A DNA stretch of 64,000 nt from a virus, in IMG/VR virus record IMGVR_UViG_3300021963_000074, positions 1 through 64,000 of that record; one strand, 5' to 3'. The position numbers and the translations under genes were made by a program. Of the stretch, positions 48,768-59,518 are shown piece after piece (positions within the stretch are counted from its first letter, which is position 1; every line of letters starts with the position of its first letter). The notes under the pieces were generated by a model. That model worked only from the letters and a program-made list of their open reading frames with translations. It made no database searches and was not told the DNA's origin.

Positions 48768-49363
48768 TATTTTCTAGCTCCTGTGCTAGGTAGTTGTGGT
48801 CTTGTCACTTTAGTCATGGGGCTAACTGTGTTGATACCTTCTTTACTCTTATTAGGACTTGCTGGTGTAGCTTTACCTGCATATGGAATATTAATACTTG
48901 GCTTCTTAGGCATCACACGATCTAAATATTGCCCTGCATATTCTTTGCTAGCTTCTTTACCATTATCTCCTAACTCTGTGTTTAACAACAATGGCTCATC
49001 TTTTTGTTCATTAGCATAACCTTCGGCTTCACTATTAATACTATCATCATAGTCGGTAGTAACTACTCTGACATTGTTTATGTTACAACCGCAATGTTGA
49101 GCGCATTGTTGAATCATTGGCTCAGTTGCAGGATATTTAAATTCAGCTTTGATAATAGTAATAGACTGATTCTGCAAATCAGGAAATCCGTATGGATCTT
49201 TCTGAATTGGCGTAGTTTTTGGATCGTCAATTTTGACTGGGTCAAACTTAGACAAATTGTGCTTGAATAATTCCAAAAAGTTTTTTTCACAATCGCCGGC
49301 AATCTTAATTGTATAGCGATATGTTCTAACACTTTCGGTTAAATATTGACGTAGGCTTTTCAT
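48767..49363 (-). CDS. Hypothetical protein with CTS-like leader
   Basis: MKSLRQYLTE leader; late promoter upstream. Confidence 0.55.
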   Translation of the reverse strand: MKSLRQYLTESVRTYRYTIKIAGDCEKNFLELFKHNLSKFDPVKIDDPKTTPIQKDPYGFPDLQNQSITIIKAEFKYPATEPMIQQCAQHCGCNINNVRVVTTDYDDSINSEAEGYANEQKDEPLLLNTELGDNGKEASKEYAGQYLDRVMPKKPSINIPYAGKATPASPNKSKEGINTVSPMTKVTRPQLPSTGARK

Positions 49364-49388
49364 TGTTGTATTCCTGTTCTATTATTTA

Positions 49389-49874
49389 TCAATTTACTGG
49401 TTTTTTGTTTGCCAAAATACTTTTGAGAAGTTCGTTACGATCCACTAAGCTACCTTCACCAAGTGGAACGTTCTCAATCTCTTTATCTTTTTCAACATTT
49501 TTTTGATCTAGGCTTGCTTTTTTCAACTGCAAATCAATCATTTTCAATTTCTTATTGATCTTAGCTGTTTTAGCAGTTATAGCATGTCCTAACATTGTAC
49601 CAGCACTATTGAATATCTCACTAGCAAATCTACTATCAACTTGCATCCCTAAATCCATTAAATCTTTATAACTGTCTTGAGCCAGTCTTGCCAACTCATC
49701 CATCTCAGAATCGCTTGCTTCCAAACCGCGGACTTGAGGTAATGCTTGTTCTATCTTGTCTAAAGTAGAATAAGTTTCTTGCGTTACTAAATCCATATCT
49801 TTGCCGAGTATGGGTTCAGTTAATGATGATTCCTCTGTAGGTAAATCAAACAATTCTGATAATTTTTTTGTCAT
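49389..49874 (-). CDS. Probable terminase small subunit (gp16-like)
   Basis: Helical 161-aa protein ending ...LVDRNELLK; adjacent to the gp4-like gene. Confidence 0.5.
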   Translation of the reverse strand: MTKKLSELFDLPTEESSLTEPILGKDMDLVTQETYSTLDKIEQALPQVRGLEASDSEMDELARLAQDSYKDLMDLGMQVDSRFASEIFNSAGTMLGHAITAKTAKINKKLKMIDLQLKKASLDQKNVEKDKEIENVPLGEGSLVDRNELLKSILANKKPVN

Positions 49875-49901
49875 GCTATTTGTCCATAATAGCAGTATTT
49901 A

Positions 49902-50339
49902 TTACTTACGTCTACCGTTGTAAAACAAGTCATCTTCTGTAATAACACGAAATGTAAATCCATATTGTTTGCAATATGCTTTAGCACTAGCCCACTTAGC
50001 ATGATTTATAGCAACAACTGCTATATCTCTGGCACTTGCTTTTCTGCTTTCAATTAGGCTTTGTTTTTTAGGTTTGATTTCTACTATTTCGGCAAACTGT
50101 TTTCCAAACTTGTTTTCATATAGTATAAAGAAGTCTGGAATATAATTAGTAACTTTACCTGTTAATGGGTGACGATAGGGAATACGGATTGATTCACTTG
50201 CCCATTTGATTACATTCTTGTTGCCGTCACAGAATTGCATGAATGTGAATTCCCATCCACTGCGATATCTAGGTCTGTGGTTACCAATGTATTTGTCAGG
50301 ATTTCTAGGCACAAATATGCCTTGTGCAAAGTTTGACAT
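49902..50339 (-). CDS. gp4: Head completion nuclease (gp4-like, TnsA-type PD-(D/E)xK)
   Basis: YRSGWE, WASESIRIPY, YIPDF, EIKP, KWASA, FRVITE. Confidence 0.88.
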   Translation of the reverse strand: MSNFAQGIFVPRNPDKYIGNHRPRYRSGWEFTFMQFCDGNKNVIKWASESIRIPYRHPLTGKVTNYIPDFFILYENKFGKQFAEIVEIKPKKQSLIESRKASARDIAVVAINHAKWASAKAYCKQYGFTFRVITEDDLFYNGRRK

Positions 50340-50704
50340 TATATTACAGCGTTTCTAGCTACTACTTGATTAGGTTGAGGAATAGAACTAACACCATATA
50401 ATGTTGTTTTACTTTTTAAACTGTTTAGATAATATGCAACTAATGCATTTGCAGTAGACAACCCATTAGAACCTTTAATTTCTTCTAACAATATCAATGG
50501 ATTTTCACCTGTAATATTAGAGATTCTAAAAATGATTGTTGTAAAATTTTTAGCTACATTTTCACTTTTAGACAATGAATAGAAATAGCTATGTATAAGT
50601 TCATACTGATTAGCCTCTACAACTAAATCAAAATTGTAAAATTGATCAAACACACGTACTGTGTTATCTAACTGACTTCTTGGTGCATCTATTGTTTGTG
50701 CCAT
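50339..50704 (-). CDS. Hypothetical protein
   Basis: 121 aa in the tail gene block. Confidence 0.6.
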   Translation of the reverse strand: MAQTIDAPRSQLDNTVRVFDQFYNFDLVVEANQYELIHSYFYSLSKSENVAKNFTTIIFRISNITGENPLILLEEIKGSNGLSTANALVAYYLNSLKSKTTLYGVSSIPQPNQVVARNAVI

Positions 50705-50724
50705 AATATACCTCGTAGAAGTAT

Positions 50725-51903
50725 TTATGTAACTTGTTTAGGTGATGACCTAATGTTTTGATATGACCCGTTGATAGAATTAGGAGCATTTCTAATTGCA
50801 CTAGCAGCTTGTGTAGGGAAATTGAATGCAGTATTTCTATTGGGAGTGCCTTGTAATGCATCTGTTGCAATACCTAAGGCTTCTGACTTAGCAATTCTTA
50901 ATATATTTTGAGGATTTTTAAAAGTATTGGCTGCTGTTCCTGCTTTTTGAACTGCACCTACAATATTACCATTTTCTAAATCATCTAAGATACCACCGGC
51001 AGCATCAACAAGACCACCTTGGCCTAATATAGTTGCATTTGATCCTGGACGAGCAATAGGACTTAATACAGTATCATAGTGATCATTACTACCAAATCCA
51101 GTAACTATATCATATGGTTTACGACCATCAACTGCACCTTCATAGTACTTTACAGTTTCGTAATTTAAAGTCATCTGATTTTCCATTACGCCACCTCCCT
51201 CACTGTAATTGTAAGTATCGTGACTGAAACTTTCAATCATAGGGTTGATTAGTCTATACAAAGAAAAATTATGTTGGTTGAATCCATATATATTAATTGC
51301 CTTAAAGAAAGGCGCTTTACTTATACCTAGATTTGCGGCTGAGTTAGTAGCCGGGCTTTTACCGGTCTCACCAATATATCCCCAATCATCATTACCAGTG
51401 ATAGTAGGGTCGTATATATTTCTACGATTTAAGTTATATCTAACTGCATTATCACCACCTACACCACTAATAGTTGTATTAGTATTACTATCCATCTGTG
51501 TTGCATCTTTATAGTAGTATGTGTAATACGTATACCATAATTTTTTAATTAAATTTTGATTATCATCATGGAATACAACGTTAATAGGATCGTATTTAAT
51601 TTTAGTTTGCACTACCCGTTTACGATTATATTGGTTTAGTGTAGCTAATTCAAACGTGTATTTTGGTAGTTGTATATTTTTGACTGCTAATCCAAAGTTT
51701 TGATCTTGTGGCCAAGATTGAGTAGCACCGATGTAGTCTTTGTTTATATCAAAATAAACATGAAATAGAAACTTAAACTTGGGTGAATACCCATAAGCAT
51801 TTGTTCTAAATGTTTTACTTGCGTGTTGGTAATCACGCAAGTATTCATTTGTAAAGAACGATGTTGCGGCGTCAGTTAATAGGTTTTGAACGAACCCAGC
51901 CAT
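50725..51903 (-). CDS. Tail-tube-fold baseplate protein (gp48/gp54-like)
   Basis: VKNIQLPK...YDPINVVFHDD...MTLNYE; follows the tail tube gene. Confidence 0.65.
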   Translation of the reverse strand: MAGFVQNLLTDAATSFFTNEYLRDYQHASKTFRTNAYGYSPKFKFLFHVYFDINKDYIGATQSWPQDQNFGLAVKNIQLPKYTFELATLNQYNRKRVVQTKIKYDPINVVFHDDNQNLIKKLWYTYYTYYYKDATQMDSNTNTTISGVGGDNAVRYNLNRRNIYDPTITGNDDWGYIGETGKSPATNSAANLGISKAPFFKAINIYGFNQHNFSLYRLINPMIESFSHDTYNYSEGGGVMENQMTLNYETVKYYEGAVDGRKPYDIVTGFGSNDHYDTVLSPIARPGSNATILGQGGLVDAAGGILDDLENGNIVGAVQKAGTAANTFKNPQNILRIAKSEALGIATDALQGTPNRNTAFNFPTQAASAIRNAPNSINGSYQNIRSSPKQVT

Positions 51904-51915
51904 TAATTGCTCTTA

Positions 51916-52542
51916 TTAACCAATACCAGTAACTGCTGTACCACCAAATGCACGACCTACATTTGTACCGACACCAGAAGTCAATGGTGACTGAATTGCA
52001 TTATCAAATCTTACGCTCAACTGAATTGTAGCTGGATCACTTGTTTTGTAATCCAAGTTATTATAGTTGGCTGTTTTAATAAAGCATCCATACAATTCCC
52101 AGGTTTCTAATACAGAAGGTGTAAGAACACCGTTACCACCGTCAAGAATTTCATAATTGATTTGAAATTTATAATCTTGTGCAGTTGCGGCACTTGCTTG
52201 TTCAACAAAGTCCATTTGTTTCTGAATTTGTTGACCAACTAATTTACTAACGTTGCCCTGTGCATCATCACGTAGATTAATTGTAGTTTCTTGCCATGCA
52301 TGTTTACCTGCAAGATAAATTCTTGAGTTATATACATCTAAAGTTACTTCATCAAATTGAACTTGTGGACGAGTAATATCCATTACTTGTTTTGTTAGTT
52401 CTGTAGTGGAACCACCTACACCAAAGTTTAAGAACAATGCTCTAAAACGATATTGTAGTTTAGGCATCAATAGACCCTGTGCGTTGGTAGCATTATCCGC
52501 TGCAACGGTCATATTGAACAATGATTGTGAGGCTGTTGCCAT
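51916..52542 (-). CDS. gp19: Tail tube protein
   Basis: PKLQYRFR, LAGKHAWQ, WELYGCF, LDY..S, VRFDNA; follows the sheath gene. Confidence 0.88.
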   Translation of the reverse strand: MATASQSLFNMTVAADNATNAQGLLMPKLQYRFRALFLNFGVGGSTTELTKQVMDITRPQVQFDEVTLDVYNSRIYLAGKHAWQETTINLRDDAQGNVSKLVGQQIQKQMDFVEQASAATAQDYKFQINYEILDGGNGVLTPSVLETWELYGCFIKTANYNNLDYKTSDPATIQLSVRFDNAIQSPLTSGVGTNVGRAFGGTAVTGIG

Positions 52543-52574
52543 ATTTTATTCTCCTATATCTTTATTTATCTTTA

Positions 52575-52600
52575 ATTCACCCCTGTCTCCAGGGGTGATT
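52575..52600 (-). terminator. Strong hairpin after the sheath gene, followed by late promoter GATAAATA
   Basis: TCACCCCTG-TCTC-CAGGGGTGA inverted repeat; weak U-tract. Confidence 0.55.
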
Positions 52601-52603
52601 ATC

Positions 52604-55600
52604 TTACTGAGCATTTGCTAATTCACCTGTATTCAATACACGAACTGGGATGTAAATGAATTCAGCTGCCTTGACTGGTTCAATAGCAACGTCAATCCAC
52701 AATTCATTTCTATCAATACGAGCAGGTGTGTTATTGCTCTCATCGCATACAACCAAATAATCATATAAACCACGTTTTGCAACTAAGTCTACAAATAATG
52801 ATTGAACTACTCCGCTAATTTCATTACGAGTTACTGCATCGTTAGGTTCGAATACGAACGGACGAGCCGCAATCTGTAATCTTTCACGAATGTAGCACAC
52901 TAATCTCGCTACGTTAATACGATCCAATGCTGATTGACTATCAAATGAGTTCTTATTACCGTAGTTCAATAAACCAACACCAGTAAAGTATGCTAATGGA
53001 TTGATTTGATTTGTGTATAACACATCACGAATACTCATACGATTCTTAACAGTCTGGAACTCACCAGTAGTAGCATTTAGGTAGCCAATGTTTGTAGCAT
53101 TGTCAATTGTACCACGGCGTGTACCTGCTGGAGCTAACCAAGGATAAGCAATAGAATCATTACGTAAGAATGTGCGTAACATCATATGACTTGCTGGAAC
53201 AACAACTGCTGCACCTGTCAAGTCTGTAGTGATACCACTTGGATAGAATACACCCAAATAACTATCACGTGTTACCCATCCTTCTTCGCCTGTACTTGTA
53301 GCACCGGCTGCATTGGTTGCCCAATTTGTTAGATCAGTTGCTTGATCGGGCAAACGTAATGGAGTGTCACCGATGATATATGCAGTATTGTTACGGTCAT
53401 TGTTCAATGTAACCATGTCTGGTTGTAACTCAGGATACCCTGGAGCTGCGATAAGATTGAAGAATGTATCTTCTTCTCTTATGCTTTGATTTGTACCAAT
53501 AGCCGCTTTAATTGATTGAACAACTAGATTACGCTGTGCTTTACGTCCCATATATGCTGCACCATTAGACTGCAATCCACTAACACTTACCCATGTATAT
53601 GAATATGTTGGTAGTACAGCAGGTGATGGATAATTTGCTGAGGTAAAATAATTTGTTCTAAATTGTTTTACGTTATAACCACTACGGCGTGTGTTGAATA
53701 ACAACATACCTTGTGGATATAGTGCTGGATCCGGTGCATCTAAATCTAAATAATTACTTTCAAGTAATGTTTCAATACTTACTAGAGGATCATTTACTGG
53801 ATCAACAGTTCCTACATTACCCCAACGTGCATCAGCAAACAGTATACCATTTTGACTTGTTTGGTCAGATGTATCAATACTTACCCACTGATTCGTGCCA
53901 TCAACTTGTTCCCAACGATATAGTTTAGGATAATTTTCTAAATCACCACTATCAATCCACAAATCACCATATACAAGTGCAGTACCGTCGCTTTGACCTG
54001 TTAATGGATCTGGTTCTGTTGGACTAATGATTGGTCCAGCAGGGTCAGTAGTATTAGAACCGCCTGCTGCTGGATTACCTGTACTGTCATAATTTACATT
54101 TCTATAACCATACCAATCACCATCTTTGTTTACCATGATATCTACTTCAGATGCTGTACTGTAGTACCAATTTGTGCCATTAACTGGATTGGTTGCAGGA
54201 GCACCTTCATTGGCAACATATGTTGTTAATTCCCATGCTGACAATTGTGCCCAATAATTTTGTCTAGGAGTTCCACTATAATATGCCCAATCAATAATAG
54301 CGCCAAGACCGCTTACTGACTTTACTATAATAGATAAATCATTTGTACTATTTGCACCACCTATATCGGATCCTGCAAATGTTACAATTTCATCTACCAC
54401 GTAGTCAACACCGGGGGTAACTTTGCTTATAGAATAAAATAATCCGTTTGAAGTTATACTAAATGTTGCACCGCTACCAGATCCTGAAGTATCATCTTGA
54501 GAAACAGATGAGTTAGTATAACCTGCTAAAAATCCATAAGCTATACCAGTATCACTTAGACTAAAACCTATATCTGCTAACATACCATTACTTTGACCAT
54601 CAATGTAGTCAGTTAAGTAAATTATTCCACCCAATGTATGCTCTAAAACAATTGCACCTGAAATAGATACACTTGCAGTAGTATTAGGAATATTAGCGGC
54701 TAGCCATGCTGTTACAAAATCTGTTGCTGTAGTTCCTGCTGGAGATACCACATATGGATTAATTGAAATGTCTCCATTTACATCAGTAATTTGAACTACA
54801 AGACTATCTAATGGATTAATTGTAGGATTCGTGACTGAACCAGTAAATGTACTTGCGCCTATACTTGTCTTGTTCCAGTATTGAATAGAAGACCACGGTG
54901 CAACAATTGAACTATAGCCATATGTAGCGACTACAGTGTCAGTTGGAATATCGCTTCCACCAACTGAACTTAAATCTGCTATAGCACGATCTAAACCCAT
55001 ATATTTATTAACAGTTTTACTTATCCATGTATCAGTAGATGTGTTATAAGTAGACATTAATAAATTCATTCCTGAACCTAATACACTTGTTTTAATCCAT
55101 ACACTACCTGTTGGGTGTGGGCTTACTTGACTTGCTGTCCATAATGGCATACTAGATGATGGTCCATAATATGTATCAGGTGCAAAATATTGCTTAGGTA
55201 AGATACCCATATCAGCTAGAGGTGTGTTTACACCTTCTGATAGAGTCAGATATCTATTTGTATTTGGTTCACCGTATGCTATACTTAATTTATTATCAAT
55301 TATTCTAGCACTTAGATATGTTATATTCAACCCATTAATAGTATTTGATACATCAGTGACGGTATCGCCTGCCGCAATTTCAATAGTAACAGTTAATAAA
55401 CCGTTAATGTTAATAGTAAACGTATCACCAGTTGTTAGTACTGGATTTGATACTGTGCCAGTAACTACAGGTACAGATGCTTTCCAGTCAGGGGAACCTA
55501 ATTGAACCCAAGTATTTACTGAATTTTTATAAAAATATGTAGCATCTGAATATTGCCCATCTTGAATTTCAGTTGCTATCACTGCATAACCACCTACATT

Positions 55601-56140
55601 ACCTAATGAATCAATTGGATATCCATCTGCAATATATTCTGAATCTGTAATTACTATTGGTGTTTGATTGACAAATTTACCAGTTGAACTATTAAATTCA
55701 TAAATTCCCCAAGTAGAGTTGGTAGTATCTAACCAATATGTACCATCTGTTGGATCACCTAGAGGGCGACTCAATGATCCAACTAAGCTACCTAAATCAA
55801 TGTCTGCTCTTAATACATAGCAACGATTTGTGGCACCTAATAATGAATATGTTGCTAACAAGCCATATTCATTTAATTCGTAACCCTGAATTGAAGTACC
55901 ATTTGTAGTCTTATAAAAGAACGGGGTACCAAACAAGTTAACCAAGTCACGTTGACTTGTTACTTGATATAATTTATTTGCATTTGCGGCTGTTGTTGCT
56001 GCCGCTACTCCTGTACCAGCCGCATTAGCTTTGTTTTGTGCTGTGGCTAAGACTACAAGAGGAACTGAACTTGAGGCTGCTGGTAAATATTGACTCTGGT
56101 CAATGATTGTTACTTCTACGCCTGGTGATACTAGTGCCAT
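52604..56140 (-). CDS. gp18: Contractile tail sheath protein (large, with insertions)
   Basis: LVSPGVEV, PWLAPAGTRRG, DRINVARL, FVFEPND, CDESNNTP, PVKAAEFIY. Confidence 0.95.
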   Translation of the reverse strand: MALVSPGVEVTIIDQSQYLPAASSSVPLVVLATAQNKANAAGTGVAAATTAANANKLYQVTSQRDLVNLFGTPFFYKTTNGTSIQGYELNEYGLLATYSLLGATNRCYVLRADIDLGSLVGSLSRPLGDPTDGTYWLDTTNSTWGIYEFNSSTGKFVNQTPIVITDSEYIADGYPIDSLGNVGGYAVIATEIQDGQYSDATYFYKNSVNTWVQLGSPDWKASVPVVTGTVSNPVLTTGDTFTININGLLTVTIEIAAGDTVTDVSNTINGLNITYLSARIIDNKLSIAYGEPNTNRYLTLSEGVNTPLADMGILPKQYFAPDTYYGPSSSMPLWTASQVSPHPTGSVWIKTSVLGSGMNLLMSTYNTSTDTWISKTVNKYMGLDRAIADLSSVGGSDIPTDTVVATYGYSSIVAPWSSIQYWNKTSIGASTFTGSVTNPTINPLDSLVVQITDVNGDISINPYVVSPAGTTATDFVTAWLAANIPNTTASVSISGAIVLEHTLGGIIYLTDYIDGQSNGMLADIGFSLSDTGIAYGFLAGYTNSSVSQDDTSGSGSGATFSITSNGLFYSISKVTPGVDYVVDEIVTFAGSDIGGANSTNDLSIIVKSVSGLGAIIDWAYYSGTPRQNYWAQLSAWELTTYVANEGAPATNPVNGTNWYYSTASEVDIMVNKDGDWYGYRNVNYDSTGNPAAGGSNTTDPAGPIISPTEPDPLTGQSDGTALVYGDLWIDSGDLENYPKLYRWEQVDGTNQWVSIDTSDQTSQNGILFADARWGNVGTVDPVNDPLVSIETLLESNYLDLDAPDPALYPQGMLLFNTRRSGYNVKQFRTNYFTSANYPSPAVLPTYSYTWVSVSGLQSNGAAYMGRKAQRNLVVQSIKAAIGTNQSIREEDTFFNLIAAPGYPELQPDMVTLNNDRNNTAYIIGDTPLRLPDQATDLTNWATNAAGATSTGEEGWVTRDSYLGVFYPSGITTDLTGAAVVVPASHMMLRTFLRNDSIAYPWLAPAGTRRGTIDNATNIGYLNATTGEFQTVKNRMSIRDVLYTNQINPLAYFTGVGLLNYGNKNSFDSQSALDRINVARLVCYIRERLQIAARPFVFEPNDAVTRNEISGVVQSLFVDLVAKRGLYDYLVVCDESNNTPARIDRNELWIDVAIEPVKAAEFIYIPVRVLNTGELANAQ

Positions 56141-56260
56141 GTTAAATTTCCTTTATGTTATGATTATGAGGGTTAACGCCCTAACGTATTAATATTTAGT
56201 GCATATCATAAAAAAAGCACCAATAACCGTACCTTTAAAGGTTTCTGGGTTAAATACTGT

Positions 56261-56608
56261 ATGATTAGACCTGTTTGCAAAGAATGCAATAAAAATCTAT
56301 GTGCAGTAAATTATATACGCAATGAAAAGACATACTATAGGAGTATGTGTGATGAGTGTGGCAGAAAGAAAAATAAGAAAAAGCCAAGAATACCGAGTTG
56401 GCAAAAAGCAGGGTATAAGAAAAAACCCGCATGTGATGTTTGCGGGTTTAAATTTCTATATCCTTCACAAGCTACAGTGTACCATACTGACGGTAAACTT
56501 GAAAATAATCAGTATACCAATCTACGAACAGTCTGTTTGAATTGTATAGAAGTTATAAAACGAAAAGAAGTTACTTGGCGTAAGGGGGACTTAGAGGTTG
56601 ATTATTGA
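56261..56608 (+). CDS. Zinc-finger / degenerate HNH protein
   Basis: Four CxxC pairs; VYHTDGKLENNQYTNLRTVCLNC. Confidence 0.6.
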   Translation: MIRPVCKECNKNLCAVNYIRNEKTYYRSMCDECGRKKNKKKPRIPSWQKAGYKKKPACDVCGFKFLYPSQATVYHTDGKLENNQYTNLRTVCLNCIEVIKRKEVTWRKGDLEVDY

Positions 56609-57226
56609 TTTGACTTTAGTATGCAAGTCATCTATCGAACCATTATTGTCTATGTAATGGTCATATTTTAATCCAACACTACTGTACTCACTTGCATGTA
56701 CTTTTTGTTTGTCTAATTTAGTTTTACTTAAGGCCCACATACTATTGCCATTAGCACCGCGATTAAATGCTACTGCGGCATCATACCATTTAGGTCTCTC
56801 ACCGCGTTCTACCCTCATTGTGATTCCACCTGCATTTTTAATAGCGTTTACTTCGTTGGCAAAACGACAGTCAGTAATAACAATATTGTCTTTAGTCTTG
56901 CGTAATTGATTTTCTACACTTGCTACCCAGATATCATTGTGAAATCCATTGCGACAAACTTCTGTTCCCCATTGTTGCAATACCCATCTAGGAGTAAGTT
57001 CAGGGATGTTTAATCGTTCACTCCACCACACATCTAATTGCTCTCGCCATTCTCTACTAGACTTTGTAGTTCCCTCTAGTAATTCTCGGTCCCAACCAAA
57101 AACTGCGGAACAAGCATCTTTGAGTGTACCTGCAAAACTAATTCTTTTATACCCGTGAAATGTAGTAAGATAGTCAGCAATAGTGTCTTTGCCGCTACCA
57201 ATAAACCCAGTGATACCTATAATCAT
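56591..57226 (-). CDS. gp1: Deoxynucleoside monophosphate kinase
   Basis: IIGITGFIGSGKDT, SFAGTLKD, PRWVLQQWGTE, ITDCRFANE, HASE. Confidence 0.92.
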   Translation of the reverse strand: MIIGITGFIGSGKDTIADYLTTFHGYKRISFAGTLKDACSAVFGWDRELLEGTTKSSREWREQLDVWWSERLNIPELTPRWVLQQWGTEVCRNGFHNDIWVASVENQLRKTKDNIVITDCRFANEVNAIKNAGGITMRVERGERPKWYDAAVAFNRGANGNSMWALSKTKLDKQKVHASEYSSVGLKYDHYIDNNGSIDDLHTKVKSIINL

Positions 57227-57281
57227 TTATCAACTCCTGTACAATATTATATTACAGGACTATGAAAAAGTAAACCTTCAT

Positions 57282-58043
57282 TTAACCAATTACAAATGAT
57301 AGCGGTTGACTATAATCTACAAAACGCTTTAAGTCTTCCAATAATTGGTCTTGCATTGCTTTGCCTTCAGCCTTTAATGTAGCTCCATTAAGTGTGGTGC
57401 CACCACCCGGACCTGCAATACTAGCAAACTTTTCACGGGCTTCACCTAACATTAATTTTAATTGGCTAAGTGTCCAGTCACCTATCCAAATGCCAGCACC
57501 AGGATCCTGCAATAAAACTTGTTCAGGCTTTTGAATATCTGCCCATATCAATACTTGTTCTCCGCTACCTTTAGGGTCACGGACAATACGCAATTCTTTT
57601 GTTACAGGATTGAATGTGAATATAACATATCCACCGAACATACGTGCCGCTAATTCAATATACTGAGCATAGAAGTCATAGGTAGCTAAACCACCTGCTT
57701 GGTTATAATTTAGCAAATAGGTATTAAGAATGGCACTACTAAAAGGGTCGAAACTGCTTGCGGCAGGGCCTGTCTCTAAACCAACCGTTCTACGAAATAA
57801 TTGTCTTACATTAATGAATTCCGAAGGTAATGTATATACATCTACATTTCTTTCTATCTTTAATAGGGTATAAGATTCTTGTGTAGAATTCTGAGCCCGT
57901 TGTCTATAAATTTTAACTGCATATTGATATGCAGCCTCATAGTGTTCAGGGTCTAATTCCACATCAACTATTCCGCCACCAAGACGTAAATTTAAATTTC
58001 TAAATAGGTCTTCTTTTAATTCGTCCAGCGTAGTACCAGCCAT
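57282..58043 (-). CDS. gp13: Neck protein (gp13-like)
   Basis: LRLGGGIVDVEL, LGEAREKF, PGGGTTLNG. Confidence 0.8.
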   Translation of the reverse strand: MAGTTLDELKEDLFRNLNLRLGGGIVDVELDPEHYEAAYQYAVKIYRQRAQNSTQESYTLLKIERNVDVYTLPSEFINVRQLFRRTVGLETGPAASSFDPFSSAILNTYLLNYNQAGGLATYDFYAQYIELAARMFGGYVIFTFNPVTKELRIVRDPKGSGEQVLIWADIQKPEQVLLQDPGAGIWIGDWTLSQLKLMLGEAREKFASIAGPGGGTTLNGATLKAEGKAMQDQLLEDLKRFVDYSQPLSFVIG

Positions 58044-58046
58044 AAT

Positions 58047-58077
58047 GTTCTCCAGATAGTGTATTTATCTGGAGAAC
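58047..58077 (-). promoter_or_regulatory. Late promoter inside a 12-bp SD-sequestering hairpin
   Basis: GTTCTCCAGATA / TATCTGGAGAAC perfect inverted repeat; GATAAATAC spans the 5' arm and loop; GGAG is in the 3' arm. Confidence 0.75.
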
Positions 58078-58085
58078 CGTTCATC

Positions 58086-58517
58086 TTACAAATCGCCTTC
58101 TTTACGATTCTCTGAGTAATGAACGTCAAACTCACCACCAGGATAACGTGCTTTAAGTTTCTCTACGTTCTCAGCAATAACTTCGTTAGGGTCTAGGTTA
58201 AGTGCCCTACAAGCATTGATCCAGTACCACATGATATCACCTAACTCACGTTTCATGTGAAAGAGATTTTCTTCATTGAGTGGTTTACCTTGAAAGAAAA
58301 TCTTTTTAGGGATCTCAGTAAATTCTCCTGACTCTGATGCAAGTCCGAGACATGCAGTAAGCAACAGAGGCACATTAACATCAGGGCCATGTTGTCCATC
58401 ACCTACATAATTTCCGTCTAGTTCATCACACCGATTCATAAAAGTTGTCAAGTCGTTGCTTGGTTGACTTGTGACAGCCTCTACAAATTCGCTATATTTT
58501 TTCAAATCTACATTCAT
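58086..58517 (-). CDS. mazG: MazG-like nucleotide pyrophosphohydrolase
   Basis: GLASESGEFTE, KRELGDIMWY, NVEKLKARYP; start at MNVDL 58517 (ATGA overlap). Confidence 0.88.
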   Translation of the reverse strand: MNVDLKKYSEFVEAVTSQPSNDLTTFMNRCDELDGNYVGDGQHGPDVNVPLLLTACLGLASESGEFTEIPKKIFFQGKPLNEENLFHMKRELGDIMWYWINACRALNLDPNEVIAENVEKLKARYPGGEFDVHYSENRKEGDL

Positions 58518-58690
58518 GGCATGCTCCAAGCATCAAATGCAAGAACGAATCCCACAAATAGTAAAATAAATCCAGTACTGGTTTGTCCAATTGCTAGTGA
58601 GGCAATACCACATAGCATATTTCCAATACCTAAGGTGTAGCCTACCTTTTTACGATTTTCACCTAACCAAAATACAAGTTTGTTCATCAT
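58514..58690 (-). CDS. Small two-TM membrane protein (58 aa)
   Basis: Manually read MMNKLVFWLGENRKKVGYTLGIGNMLCGIASLAIGQTSTGFILLFVGFVLAFDAWSMP; SD AAGGAG; promoter TTGAAA-N17-TATAAT at 58712-58740. Confidence 0.7.
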   Translation of the reverse strand: MMNKLVFWLGENRKKVGYTLGIGNMLCGIASLAIGQTSTGFILLFVGFVLAFDAWSMP

Positions 58691-58816
58691 TTTAATAACT
58701 CCTTATGCGCTATTATACACAAGAATCCATATAATTTCAAATAAATTGGACTAAATATAAGTGTAGTTCGCGGAACGGGAATTCCCAACTACTTTAACGC
58801 TTGAAGGAGCATCAAC

Positions 58817-59518
58817 ATGATATTTAGCAAAAATAACTATCCGACGGGATTTTATGTGTACGCATATCTGCGTAATAATGGAACACCGTACTATATCGGA
58901 AAAGGTAAAAGTAAACGGGCAATTGAAAAACACTCCGTCAGTGTACCGAAAAACTTTGAAAAAATAATAATACTTGAAAAAGATTTATCTGAATTAGGTG
59001 CCTTTGCCATTGAAAGAAGAATGATTCGTTGGTATGGGAGAAAAGACTTGGGAACCGGTGTACTGCTGAACCGCACCAACGGGGGTGAGGGTAATTCAGG
59101 GATAGTTCAGACTGAGGAGTCAAAACGAAAACGGTCTGAAAAATTAAAGGGGAAACCTAGTGCTAGACAAAACTACAAAACTTCTGACAAAACTAAAGAA
59201 AAGTTAAGAGTGGTATTGACTGGGAAAACAAGAAGTGACCAACATAAAATTAATAATGCTATGGCTAACAAGGGTAAGAAAAGGTCTGCTGAACAAAATG
59301 AAGCTAACCGAATAAGAAATTTAGGGCAGAGCAATGCAAATTATGACGCTACCATGTATTCGTTTACTCATCTTAATGGCGTGATTGAAACATGCACTAG
59401 AAACAAGTTTAGTAAAAAGTATAGTATTCCGGTCGGAGATATAGGAAGAGTTACTTCTGGAAAATTAAAAAAGATTAAGGGATGGTTTATCACCCCTTAT
59501 CTTCTTACCAAGCCTTAA
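58817..59518 (+). CDS. GIY-YIG homing endonuclease with NUMOD3-like repeats
   Basis: FYVYAYL...[21 protein letters not shown], basic repeats; inserted antisense to its neighbours. Confidence 0.85.
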   Translation: MIFSKNNYPTGFYVYAYLRNNGTPYYIGKGKSKRAIEKHSVSVPKNFEKIIILEKDLSELGAFAIERRMIRWYGRKDLGTGVLLNRTNGGEGNSGIVQTEESKRKRSEKLKGKPSARQNYKTSDKTKEKLRVVLTGKTRSDQHKINNAMANKGKKRSAEQNEANRIRNLGQSNANYDATMYSFTHLNGVIETCTRNKFSKKYSIPVGDIGRVTSGKLKKIKGWFITPYLLTKP

